Part shown: positions 1-12,100 of the stretch, piece by piece | How the letters are laid out: each line of letters starts with the position of its first letter | Position numbering within the stretch: position 1 is the first letter of the stretch | Made by a program: the position numbers and the translations under genes | Source of the DNA: Paraspadella gotoi | Lineage: Eukaryota; Animalia; Chaetognatha | Direction: 5' to 3' | Length of the DNA stretch: 64,000 nt | NCBI GenBank assembly: GCA_051294375.1 | Contig: CM119265.1 | Location: forward strand, 12,888,124-12,952,123 | The notes under the pieces: model-generated | The model's input: only the letters and a program-made list of their open reading frames with translations | Database searches by the model: none | Told to the model about the DNA's origin: nothing

Positions 1-65
1 ATTTTCTAATTTATGTTATATAAAACAATACACCACATCAAAAGGTGTGATAATAGTTATTTCAC

Positions 66-313
66 CGTAACGGAGAGTTCCTTTTTGAACTGTTAAAATT
101 GTCTTGGGTGGCTCGGGTTGTTCGGGTGGCCTAAGATCTGTTCGATCTGCATTGACTGCTTCGTCCTTGTGGTTTAAAATGATCAAGAAGTAAAATTTAG
201 TAAAATTTTAGATGTAATTTCATTTGAAAGGTCAATTTAAGCCAGTGGTTAATAAAAAAGTGAGAATATGGACCGAAATCAATTTTTTTACGTACCTCTT
301 CTGAATCCTGCAT
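66..313 (-). CDS. Possible first two coding exons of an unidentified gene running off the left edge, divergent from centrobin
   Basis: ATG at 313 gives MQDSEE, then a GTACGT donor at 295. A CAAG acceptor opens exon 165-66 (DEAVNADRTDLRPPEQPEPPKTILTVQKGTLRY), ending at a GTGAAA donor. Phases are compatible, but I recognise no homology. Confidence 0.35.
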
Positions 314-422
314 TTTCGTTCCCAGAATGCCCTAAAGGTTAATTAAGACGACAAGCTGGAACTCTTTAAATACTTTTTAAATAACATTAATAAGTGCCAA
401 TTAAAGTGGCTAATCTTGCTTG

Positions 423-3400
423 ATGGCTAAGGTCGCTGTTCATTTGAAATCCATAATACAGAAACTGGTAGAGACTCAAATTGGTTCGAAACAAGAAACA
501 AAATCCTACAGTGATTTTGGCGGAACATCTGCTGACAAAAACGACCCTGTAACTATGGCAATCGAAGACTCGGTCTGCTGATGATGACGCGTTCATAAGA
601 AATATGTACACTAATACCCGCGATGGCAAGCTGTGACTCTCATTCCCAGGCTCAAGTTTCCGAAACTGACACGGAAGAACTCATTGAGGAAGTAGAAAAG
701 GAGAAATCGCGCGTGAATGAAGAAAAGGTAAGAAGAACATACGGCGTAGAATAAATCCTCCTCGCGTTATTAATTTTTTATCTTTGCCTTGAAGATACGT
801 CTTCCGCCCCTTTGTTTGCCTCCCTGTCCATCCATTGATGGAACCGACACTTTGTGCGGGTCCGCGGCTAGCCAGCGTTCGGTGGATACCGTCAGCGTCC
901 TTGCGGCCCAATCGTACAATGAAAAAAATAACCAACTAGTTTGGATAGAGACCCGACCCTCAGACGCAGAAGAGAAAAGAACCGCCTCCATGAGTGCCAC
1001 GGAGCCACTGCAACAAGAGGACACACCCAGATTGCTGGAACGCGTCAAAGCCATCGTCACTCCACAAATAACAGTAAGGTTTAAAAAAAAAATAATAAAT
1101 GATAGTCTCGCATTTATTAATATCTTAACGTCAGGTCCCTGCGGGGATATCAACAACGAAAAACGACACCTTACGTTTTAATACTAAATTGGCGAAAGAC
1201 GTTCGAATATTGGAAAAAAATACAGGGGAGCAGGCGGCGAGACACTGGATTCAAGCCCACTTTCCTTCCGAAGAAAGAATGGAACTTGATCGTGGAATTA
1301 GCCAGACAAAGTCTAAGAAAAACATTGTTTCGCCCTCTTCCTACGGGGTTCTTAAATCCCACTCTGCTCCGAATTCTCCCTCAAAGTCCGTGACGTTTGC
1401 CAAAAAATTATCAACTGCAAAGCCAGCCATCGTCGCTGTTACAAAACCTAATAATTCGGAACGATTCCAAAATTATAGTAAAACGAATGAAGAATTCTAT
1501 ATGAATCAAACGACCGGCGAGGTCGCCGAAAAAGAATGCAATCAAAGACCATCACTACATCAACTGAAACGACCTGATTTAGCTTTTCCAATGAACTTTG
1601 CTGACGATTTTGGCGGGAATTTGCTACATTTTGAAGATTTGGAAGAGAGTATTTCGTCAATACATATTGCAACGCCGTTATCCTCTATCGTTGGCCCTAC
1701 AAAGCGACAAGGAGACTCTGGGATGGAAAGTGCGTCATCAGCAAGAGTCAAGAAATCAACGTTTGGTACAGGTAAACTGGATATTTTTGTTTAATTAATT
1801 AATAATCAGTAATGATCTTAATCTTAATATTTTGACTATGTTGACGTAATTTCAAGCGTCGATTTCTGAAATTTTCAGATGCTGTCGCGAAAACGGATTT
1901 GGAAGTAAAGCTTTTGAGCGAATCCACCGACCGTGACGCTGGAGATTCCATCCTCGATGACCTTTCCGACGCCAATGACGTCTCGGTCGCTTTTTCTGAT
2001 AAATATGAAATGCCAAAGACTACTATTACGAAGCCAAAATGGATTAGTCCGCAAAGCGATGATGTTAGAATCAAATCAAAGAAAAAACCTGATTTGGTTC
2101 TGAATGACGGAAAAGAAAAAAAAGAAACTGATTTAATAATTCCGAAGTTAAACTTCAAACAGGAACTCCGAAATGAAGAATCAAAATCTATGCTCTCTCA
2201 AACAAAAGAAGATAAGGCTCAATTTCTGTCCAAAACTAAGAGAAAGACCGAATCTACAGAACAGGACAATGTGAATTGTAGCAGTGCTTGCAGTACTAAT
2301 AGTGCTTCGAATTTTTCCTTTGATTCCAAACATTTTTTGACATCCACGCGAGTGCCAACCTTGGATGGATTAAACCGGTTAACTCCCGTAAAGCCAAAGA
2401 TTCAAGTCGATAAAATTCAAAATGAAGTTATAAAACAAACTAATAAACAAAGCTGCACCAATTCAGAAGGCCAGAGTTATCTAATGAACTTCACTACGGA
2501 TTTTAATTCTCCAGAAGCATCTATACAATCAACGCAACGAGAAGCTCTCCCTATACCTCGTCAATCTAAACAATTGGAATTGGATAATGACCCCGAAACT
2601 AAAGACTTTTCTGGAAGTCAATTAGGAGAAAACATTTCAATTCATTCCTATTCGAAAAAGCACGATTTAATCACACCGGTGGAACGAGATATATTAATTT
2701 CAACTAACACTGATCAACAGGCGACTCAAGTAACTGAAATGGAGAAAATGCGTGAATGTTTGCAACACATAATGAAGATGTCTGAGCATAACGGTGCAGA
2801 TACAACACCAAGAGAAAATCTTCCATCGGAAAACGGATCTGAAATTCAACCCCACTACGTAACAGAAATATTCCCAGAGATCACTTTGCAAAACGTTATT
2901 GGTGAATCAAAATATGATTTGCTCACCTATCCTTCACTACCCGCTCAAAGGTAACAAAAATAAATTAAGTAAAGGCCAACTAGATTTGTCAGATTTAAAA
3001 TATATTAATGGTTTCGCGGAAAGCACGAGGAAAAATAATAGGAATAAGGTTTATTTTATAAACAAATTTATGAGCAATGGCAATATGTGCCACCAGTTCT
3101 TTTTGCTTACCTCATTGCTAGGCTATTGCTGTTTATTGATTAAAAATCTTCATTTATTCAATTGCCTCTTTTAATATAGTAATATATATTTATGGCGTTA
3201 ATCCTTTTTTGTTGCACAGTTGCTGTCTGCGAAACATTATTATTATTATTATTGAAAATGTTTAAAATATATAGTATTTCCGCGATACCTACATATTATA
3301 TTGGCTTTACCAATCCCTTGTGTACTTTTTGCTCTAGATCGCAGAAAATCAATGGAGGATTGGATGCTGGGCAACTCGTTGAAGCATTGGAAAAAGAAGC

Positions 3401-5999
3401 CTACAAACGTAAACATTGCATTGATCAAATACAAGACCTACAAGAGAAGCTACTCGAGGCACAACAGCAACTGGCAGTGGCTGTTTCGGTAGACCGCAAA
3501 AAAGACGGAATGATTGACCAACTGGACAAAACGTTGAAGCGCCTGGTGGACGGGTGGAAACGGCAAGAGGCCCAAAGACAAAGAACGATTTTCGAATCAG
3601 AACAACAAAAGAATCTAGCTGAGAAACACTTGACTGACGAACGCCAGCGTTCCCGCGAATCAAAAGCCGAGTATGAGAAGATTGAGGGACAGCTCAAATT
3701 ACAACTTCAACTGATGAATCAGAAAGAAATTGAAAGAGCTCAAGATATTGAGCGGCTTAAAATCGAAAACATGCAGATGAAAAGGGAAGTTGAGTCAGAA
3801 AAGAAAAAAAATTTGATCTTATGTTCAGAGAGAGACGCAGCCCTACTCGAGCTGGAAAGGAAAAAGAAAGAAAATAACGAGGGAGCCAGGGAGAAAGAAG
3901 AAATGCAAAAACAATTTGAAGAAAATCTAAAACGAGAAAGGTAATATGATTAATTTTCTTCAGTACATATTGAGTAAAAGACAGTTACTTCAAAACTTTA
4001 ATTCATTCAATAGATTTGTTATGTTTTTACTTTAGAGATGAATTTCAATTGATGGAACACAATTTGAGTCAAGAAATGCAAAACGTCATTAATCAATTAG
4101 AGCGAAAACTCGAAGAAGAACAAAGGACGACCGAAAAGAATTACGAAGAGCTGGAGAAAAATGGAAAAGAAGTGGCGATTTTGGAAATGGATTTGGACTC
4201 TGCGTTGAGAACGAAAGAATCGCTAAAGGTAAGGCGAGTTTTTTATCTTTATTTTTAATTTGTTAACAATTGTTTTCCAAAATTACCAACATTGATAACA
4301 TTGATTACCATTTCATAATTTCCAGGATTGATTCGCTTACAAAATATCTTTTATGCTTTAGGATTTATAAATTTATTTTGAAACTGTATAATAAAAATAG
4401 GTATTATTATTAACTACCAAACTCTGAAATATGCCCCTATCCAAGTTAAAAAAAAACAGAAAAGTCAAATTAGTGATTAGACCGCTTGCGTTCATGTTCG
4501 TTTGTTTTTTAAGGTGGAATTGAATATACAAAGAGCTAAACATGAAGCAAATCTTAAAAGGATAAAATCAGAAACTGCAATTGAATATGAAAAAAAGATC
4601 GAAGAACAAACAAAGGAGTTCAAACTAAGGTTCATGGAAGACGAAAAAAGAAAACAAGATGAACACAAAAAACAACTCCAACAGGTGAGTATACAGTCAT
4701 GCAGTCATCGAACTATCAAACCAGAGCAGTAATCTATAAGAATACATTCGGTAATACAATATATACTATAATTAAGATATAATCTGCAATAGGAAACTAT
4801 TTAAAATTAATTCATTTTATTCTTTTTACCCGTTTCAGATAACACAGATTGCAGCGTCAGAGCAGAGTGAAATGCAAAAAATATTTGAAAAAGAACTAGA
4901 GAAAATGAAGGAAAATCTCAAGTCATCTAAAGATCAACTAGAAAGACAAGTAGAAGAAGCCAACAAGTTCATAGGAAAATTAATCGAAGAGAAGAAACTA
5001 ATGGAAAAAAGCCGCAATGATATGGTTGAAAAAATGCAGGTTTTGATGCAAAGCCACTGCAGCGAAACCCTGATGTTACTCGGCGATGGAAAGGTACCGC
5101 GATCTCAGGGAATGCTTGATTTTGATATGGCCGATAAGGGTGACCGTTTAGTATCTACTAAACCTCATAGTCATACAGATGAAAACGACAAGGATACACG
5201 TTTGTTCAAATCTCTTTTGTCCAAAAACTCAGAAAATCATGACATAAGGTCTCCCAGGGTTACTTGTCAGTCGGATCAATTTTATACGACTAGCATAACA
5301 AATGATCTCAGTCAAGATGTTGCTTTAGATCTCAGCTGCTTAAGTTTACGAAAAGATGATGGATTAAACCTTCCAAATCACGATAAAAAACAAACAAACG
5401 AAAACACATTTTGCATCCTCCAAAACGAGCTGCATCAAAAAGAACTGAAACATTTTATTAAGCTTCTTTTAAATAGATCTCCGGGAACACCCAATGAAGA
5501 TTTGTCCGAGTCACCACGACAAAAGGAAATTAGTATTGATATGATTTCACCTGTAAAGAAACCTACAACTTCAGAGGCCCCTTGCGATCAAATTAATAAT
5601 GTTCAACAGCCAAGAACGGTGGTGTCATCAAAGAACGCTACGACTCCCGTAGATTTAGAAACGGCTCGCCTTATTTCATCATATACTCCGGGAAGTGGCC
5701 AAGTTAAATTAAAAAGCGAATCTCAAAAACATCAAAAATCATTAACCTCCGAAAAAGACGTTTCTAACTCATTCTCTGCAACAGCAGATGAGGTCATTAA
5801 GTATTTAAAAGATATGGGCTCCAAACCCCTAATGTCAAGGGAGAATGTAATCTCACCTGAATTTGTAAAACAACATTTTTCGTTACCACCAAAAAAAGAA
5901 GAAAAAGACGTAAAAAAAATTAGAAAAACCGTCGTTTTTGCAAAAGGAACAAGTGCCATTTCTAAAGATGGGAAAGTAAACACCAAGCCTTGGAAATAA
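423..5999 (+). CDS. CNTROB: Centrobin-like centriolar coiled-coil protein (multi-exon)
   Basis: The exon at 3338-3940 encodes KRKHCIDQIQDLQEKLLEAQQQLAVAVSVDRKKDGMIDQLDKTLKRLVDGWKRQEAQR, matching the centrobin signature (RRKHCERHIQ..LQQQLAVAVAADRKKDTMIEQLDKTLARVVEGW). Phase-consistent GT-AG exons: 423-548 (uncertain; alternative ATG at 623), 650-727, 795-1073, 1135-1771, 1879-2950, 3338-3940, 4036-4228, 4514-4684, 4839-5999. Confidence 0.85.
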
Positions 6000-6194
6000 A
6001 CTTTCACATCAAAAACCGAATTTTTCCTCTATTCACACCGTGCCTTTTTCCAAGAGTATTATTTTTATACACTTTACCCTTATTTGTTATAAGCATGTTC
6101 ATTTCTACACAGCATATACCTAACTCAGATTATTAGTAATTTACATATTCGTTCTTAGTGTTTTTCGTTCCAGACTCATCGAATTGAACTAAAA

Positions 6195-9100
6195 ATGACG
6201 TCTTCTACAACGGAAGCTGAAGGCCGGGGCTTTCAAAGTTTCCTTGATATCGAAAATGACTGGGAGTTTGATCGCTTTGACGATGGATCGCAAAAACTCG
6301 TCGGAAAAATAACGCTCGAAAAGTACGGAAGCTTCTTGCGAGAGTATTCCAGTCAACTGAAAAACATCGTCGAGGCTGTTGATGACACACTGGGCGAAGC
6401 TTGGGAAGCTGAGTCAGATCCGATTGAGCTCCATTGCACCCCAATGGAACAGGCGGACTTTCAAGACATGCTGCAGGTAAGTCTTTCTTTGTTATTCCCA
6501 GAAATTAAGATTGACCGGAGCCGTCATTCATCGAGCTCTCGAAACATTTTGTGAAAATAAGCGTATTTTTGGAACAACAGAAAATTGTTAACAAACACAA
6601 GAAGGAAAAGCCGTGACAGAAAAAACTTTTTTTAATTATCCAATAACAATGATTCAGTCATCTTCCGAATCGGTCTCTCGAGTCCTTCTCGTCTTCGCAA
6701 CTCTGATCGAAGAAGTTCGTTTTCTTGAATCAGAAGCGGAAAAAAAATTTTTCGACGCATTAATCTTCTATGGGGAAGGTTAGCTTTCTATTTTATACAT
6801 TATGAATCATAAAATATATAGGACATATATTTACATTACAACTTAGCGTATTTTGACATACATTGGTGATTCGGTAAAACGGTAGAACACGAAAAAAATG
6901 TTTTGTATTTTTTTTAACAACATGTAAAATTTTCAAATATTTTTTTTTCTCTAATACCGCTATAACAATTTTTTGATATTGAGCACTTTTTTATTTATTA
7001 TTTAGGGATGCCTCAATCAGTTTCTACTGCTGCATCAGGAGTTGATAATCAAATGGCAATTTCAACGTTTTTGCCACTTTTAAAAGAATTAAATTCTTTT
7101 GTGTCTCGTTGTAACGTTGTGGCGAAAAATATCATTTGCCAAATGGCATATCTCTACAAACCTCAGTCAAAAGGATCAAAGGTTCTTTATTAGCGTGCAA
7201 TGAAAAATTTTTGCCCAAACAATTTTTTCTTTCATGATATTGCAGATGGTATTGGACGTTTCACAAATACATTTCCGACCAGTTGTAAATTCTCTGAGCA
7301 AGCTCTTGACGATTTTGATCACCCTGGATGAAATTATAGATGCTCAGTGCACACTAAGAGAACATTGGACACTTTTCAAACGTATGATAAAAAGTGTAAG
7401 CATGGATCCAACCAAATTTAACACCACCGATGCGGATCTAAAACCTTTTGAAAAGTTGTTAATGATGCTAGAGGGTCGTTTGTTGGACGGGATGATATTT
7501 CAAAACTGTGTGGAACAAGTCTTCGATGACGTATTGGATTCCTCATTGAGTAAAAACACAGTATTAGCTGAGGAAATAATGACCGATATCAAACGAATTT
7601 TTCAAGACTACGAAACGAGACCAAACTCATCGAAAGAACTGTTGGGCGTTTGTGGCCTTTTTGTGCTACACTTCCAGATTTTTCGTCAGATGGACAAAAA
7701 ATTCTTCAAACAACTTTGGGACTCCCACCGGAGATTTCCCGGAGCTACTGCTTGGGGCAACGTGTTTTTTCTTCCAAATGAATTTCTTTTGGCGAAGCTT
7801 CCGCAATTCCACAGTGTTCTAGATAAAAAGGCAAAATCGCAATTGTTAACGAATAGAGACACTTACATACAAAACAAGGTAAACATGTTGGCGAAAGAAA
7901 CACAAATGTTACACTTTCAAATAAGCACTTGGATGATACATATGGAGCGAAACCTCGGAACGTCGTCGGAAGAAGCGGCTATCAAATCAGAAACTCCTTT
8001 AACGGAGCAATTAGAAGAACGAGGCGATCTCCTCCTTAGAGGTTTGAACCATGCTAGAATTCTAGGCCACGGAATTCGAACCACAATGAATATGTTTGTA
8101 ACTTTATCACGCCCAATGACAAAAGCTACAGTTCTTTCACTATGTCGCCTTCTGGAGCTTCTTAAGGCGGTTCAATACACATACCATCGCTATTCTCTAC
8201 AGATTCATAAAAGCCTTAATCATGTGATAAGGCATTTAACCATGCAGACGACGTCGATTGTGACTAAAGCTCTTACGCGTGCCAAGTCAGAAAAGCGCAT
8301 CTCACAACGAAATAGCGAAGCACTTGCCGCGTTAGAAATACTCGACACTCTGCTCAAGGATGGTGTAAAGGGAACTGACAAAAGGAAGACGGTAGTTGCC
8401 CTGACGACTTCCATACTGCAAAATAGTAAACACGTAAAAGATGAGGAAATGAATCAATTACTTAATATTATTTCCTGGATAGAATCGACATCTACCATTT
8501 TCTTCCACGTTCGCGAGGCTTGTGACTGTGCCTTCATGTACTGGCATCGTGCTATTTTTCCAGTTTATCTCGTTGATATTTTTCATTCTGGTGCCGAAGG
8601 TAACGGAAGCGCGGACGCCTACAGAATGCGTTACATTTTTGGTACATTAAGAGATTGCTTAATGCCCATATCTTCCTCAAAGCACTTAGCTGATAACAAG
8701 CTTTTAAGGACGTCGTTCGAGAAAGAAGTCGAAGGAATGGTTAAAGAGCACTTGTTAGATCCGCTATGCCAACACATCGAAACGGATCTTCGACTTAGCA
8801 TTCACTCTCATTTACAACTCGATGACCGCAACCCATTCAATGTCGGACTTTCCGATTTAGCTCCTTTTATTCAAATGAAGCCTATGAAGTTCAACGATTT
8901 ATGGATTAATATCAAAGCTCATGTTGAACACTATCTTGACGCTACCTTTTACAACTTGACTACGGTTGCCCTTCATGATTGGAAGACCTACGGCGACATG
9001 AAACATCTGGCCTTAAATAAATACGGCCTTCATCTCATAGAAGCTGACCTTCCTTCTCAAACTCTAGAACAAGGTCTAGACGTTCTTGAGATCATGCGAA

Positions 9101-12100
9101 ATATCCACTTGTTCGTCTCAAAATACCTCTACAATCTTAATAATCAAATATTCATAGAAAAATCATCTAACAACAAGTATTTGAACACCATCAATATTCG
9201 CCATATTGCAAACTCTATTCGCACACATGGCATCGGAATTATGAACACTACCGTCAACTTTACTTTTCAATTTCTCGGAAAAAAATTCAAGATTTTTTCT
9301 GAATTTCTCTTTGATGAGCATATCAAGTCTAAGTTGGTAAAAGATATCCGATTCTTTCGTGAACATCATGCCAAATCCGATCAGAAGTTTCCCTTTGACC
9401 GAGCTGAGCGTTTCAACCGGGCAATCAGGAAGCTCGGAGTGATGGAAGATGGTTCATCGTAAGTTCTACTGATATTTACTGAAATTATAGATTACTTGAT
9501 TGCTTCTTTTTAACTTAAAAAATGTATTAACTATATTATTTCCAAAATTGGTTAATAATAAATTAGAATATAAGAAAAACATTAAGACGTTGTGGCAGCG
9601 CGACTGAAAGCTGCCTCACTGCTGTCCGTCCTCAGCCTTGTCTCAATGTCTGAGCAGGCTAAATTATCTCTTTCAACCATGCGTCCAGGCTTCAACCCCT
9701 GGGGATCCCGGTTCTGGCTTAAATGCGACGGAGCCGGTTTAAATATGCCAGTGACAGGAAGCGGTCACTGAGGGTCCGCAATCCTCCCGTTGCCATAATA
9801 TTAATTTTTGAGTCAGCAGATGATGGTCAATTGGTCATGTTAAAGGAAAACTATATTCATATTGATTCATATTCATAATATTATTCATACTGCTTAGATT
9901 AAAAAAAAGTCGTTGAATTTGTTTCAAATTTTTACTTTTTTTTCACTTTTTTAGCTATTTGGACAAATTCCGCGAGGTGGTCACGCAAATTGGTAACGCG
10001 ATGGGCTATATTAGAATGATTAGATCCGGAGGTCTTCATTGCGTTGCAAACGCGATACAATTCATTCCGAGCGATGCCGAACTCCCTATGACGGATGAAA
10101 TCCCCGGCGAGGATGGCAGCAATGGGTAAGTTTAGAGATGTTAAGGAAATTTTTGCAATGAAAATTTGGCTATTAAGGGTTGTCACCATATCCAAGTTAA
10201 TGTTGTCCAATGACTATTTTTTAGATTCTTCCATAAGCTGGTGGAGTCTGCTAATTTATCGAAGGAGACCTCTAAAGCTGCCTGCAACCTTGATGAGGTC
10301 GTCGCAAATTTGGTAAGAAATTTCGCCGAAGGCACCGAATATTTCAAAATGCTGGTCGATGTTTTCCATACGTCGATGAAGCAGCATTCGCACCTGAACA
10401 ACTTCTGGATTATCGTCCCGCCTCTTATGATGAATTTTGTTGAACACATGCTGAACGCTAAAGAAAAGCTGAACAAAAAGAACAAGAGTAAGTCGGTATG
10501 AGTGACTTAATTATAAACAAAGGCATTTCCGTATTTTTTTTTTTCAGTTGGAGCGGCCTTCACGGACGACGGATTCGTTATGGGAATCGCATTTATTCTT
10601 AAACTTCTTGATCAGTACACTGACTTTGACTCGCTCCATTGGTTTCAATCTGTTGCCGATCATTACGAAGGAAAAAAGAAAACTGTTCATGTAAGTAACT
10701 GAGATCGGATATTGTAGTCGTTATTAAAGTTTAAACACGTTTTTCACCCAAGTCTGCACTGCACTACAACCACTTAAAATGCACGTGCTCGATGAAAAAG
10801 ACTGGTGGACCATGCTTATTGCTCAATAGTCAATATTCATTAACTATCATTTCATCACTACTTATTTAGTTTATTACTGGATTATGTATATGACAAAATG
10901 TTCCCTTAATAGGCGCTATACACTATACACTAATATACAGTCATGTGGAAAAAAATCGCGCCACTTTATTTCCGACTTTAAAAATCACCCTATACTATAG
11001 ACTAATTAAAAAATTTAAAGATTTAAAAATAAATTAAAGTTTATTAAAAAATCTTAAAAGTATAGCGATCTCGGCAGACGTTAATATCAAAGAAAATTAA
11101 TGAAAAAATCCATCTGGCGAAATAAAAATGTTTAAGTTTAACATAAATTTTATTAAAATTAAACCATCTGTTTAAAAACAATACTTTTTAAAATTTTTTA
11201 CTACAAAGCTCAACGTGAAAGAATATGATAGATTTAAGATTAATCTTTTTTCTTATAATATTTTGAATTCCTTATAATAGATTAAAAATGGAAGAATAAT
11301 TAAATAACTGGATAAACCCAGATCCATAAATAATAATTTAGATATGATGAATGATAGGTCCATAATTCTGAAGCTTTTAGATAAAAATCGATTTTCCCAT
11401 AATTTTAAAATATTTAAGTTTAAAAAATCATCTTTTAAAACATTTAACAGATTATAATAAAATTTAAATATATTAATTTGTTTTTAAATTTTTTTTATTA
11501 GGAAAAAACAGTTTTTGTTTGACAACGATTTATTTGACACAATTTAGTCAGACATGTTTCGGCTCATTCATTTAGAGCCTTCATCAGTGTTTGACAATCA
11601 ATATTTTGTCTCTGTTGAAGTAAGTTTTTGAGAGAGAGAAAGAGAGAGAGAGAGAGAGAAATTGAGGGAGAGTTTCCAACAAAGAATAAGGTAAGGGACA
11701 GTGGTCAGATCTGAGGACAGCTGAAGGTGAGGAGAGGGAAGAAGTAAGTCTTTGAAAAATGAAATGAGAGTGGGAGAGAGAGAGAGAGAGAGAGAGCAAA
11801 GCAAAAATTTTTAAACAATACATTTAGCAATGTACAACAGAGATAAAATGCATAAAATCTAAACATAAACTGAAATTAATGTTAACAATAGAAATTAATA
11901 AGTTAGTAGAATAAAGTGAAATTTGAAATAGAAAATAAGTGGTGAGGGATAGATAAGTGAAGAAAAGTGAAAGTAAGTAAAAGAAAGAGCTCAAAAATGA
12001 GCTGGCCCCCCCCGGCCGGGCAAATGGAGGACGTTGACGATAAAGTCGGGTCATTGGCCTGTCATAGGTTGCGAGGGTATACTTGTAGAGTTTGATATGC

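Noticed and set aside
11584-12054. ORFs 11584-11823, 11598-11804 and 11824-12054, and their mirror ORFs at 12930-13211 and 12973-13197
   Set aside because: Artefacts of (CT)n microsatellites (SLSLSL) in the non-coding inverted pseudo-LTR.
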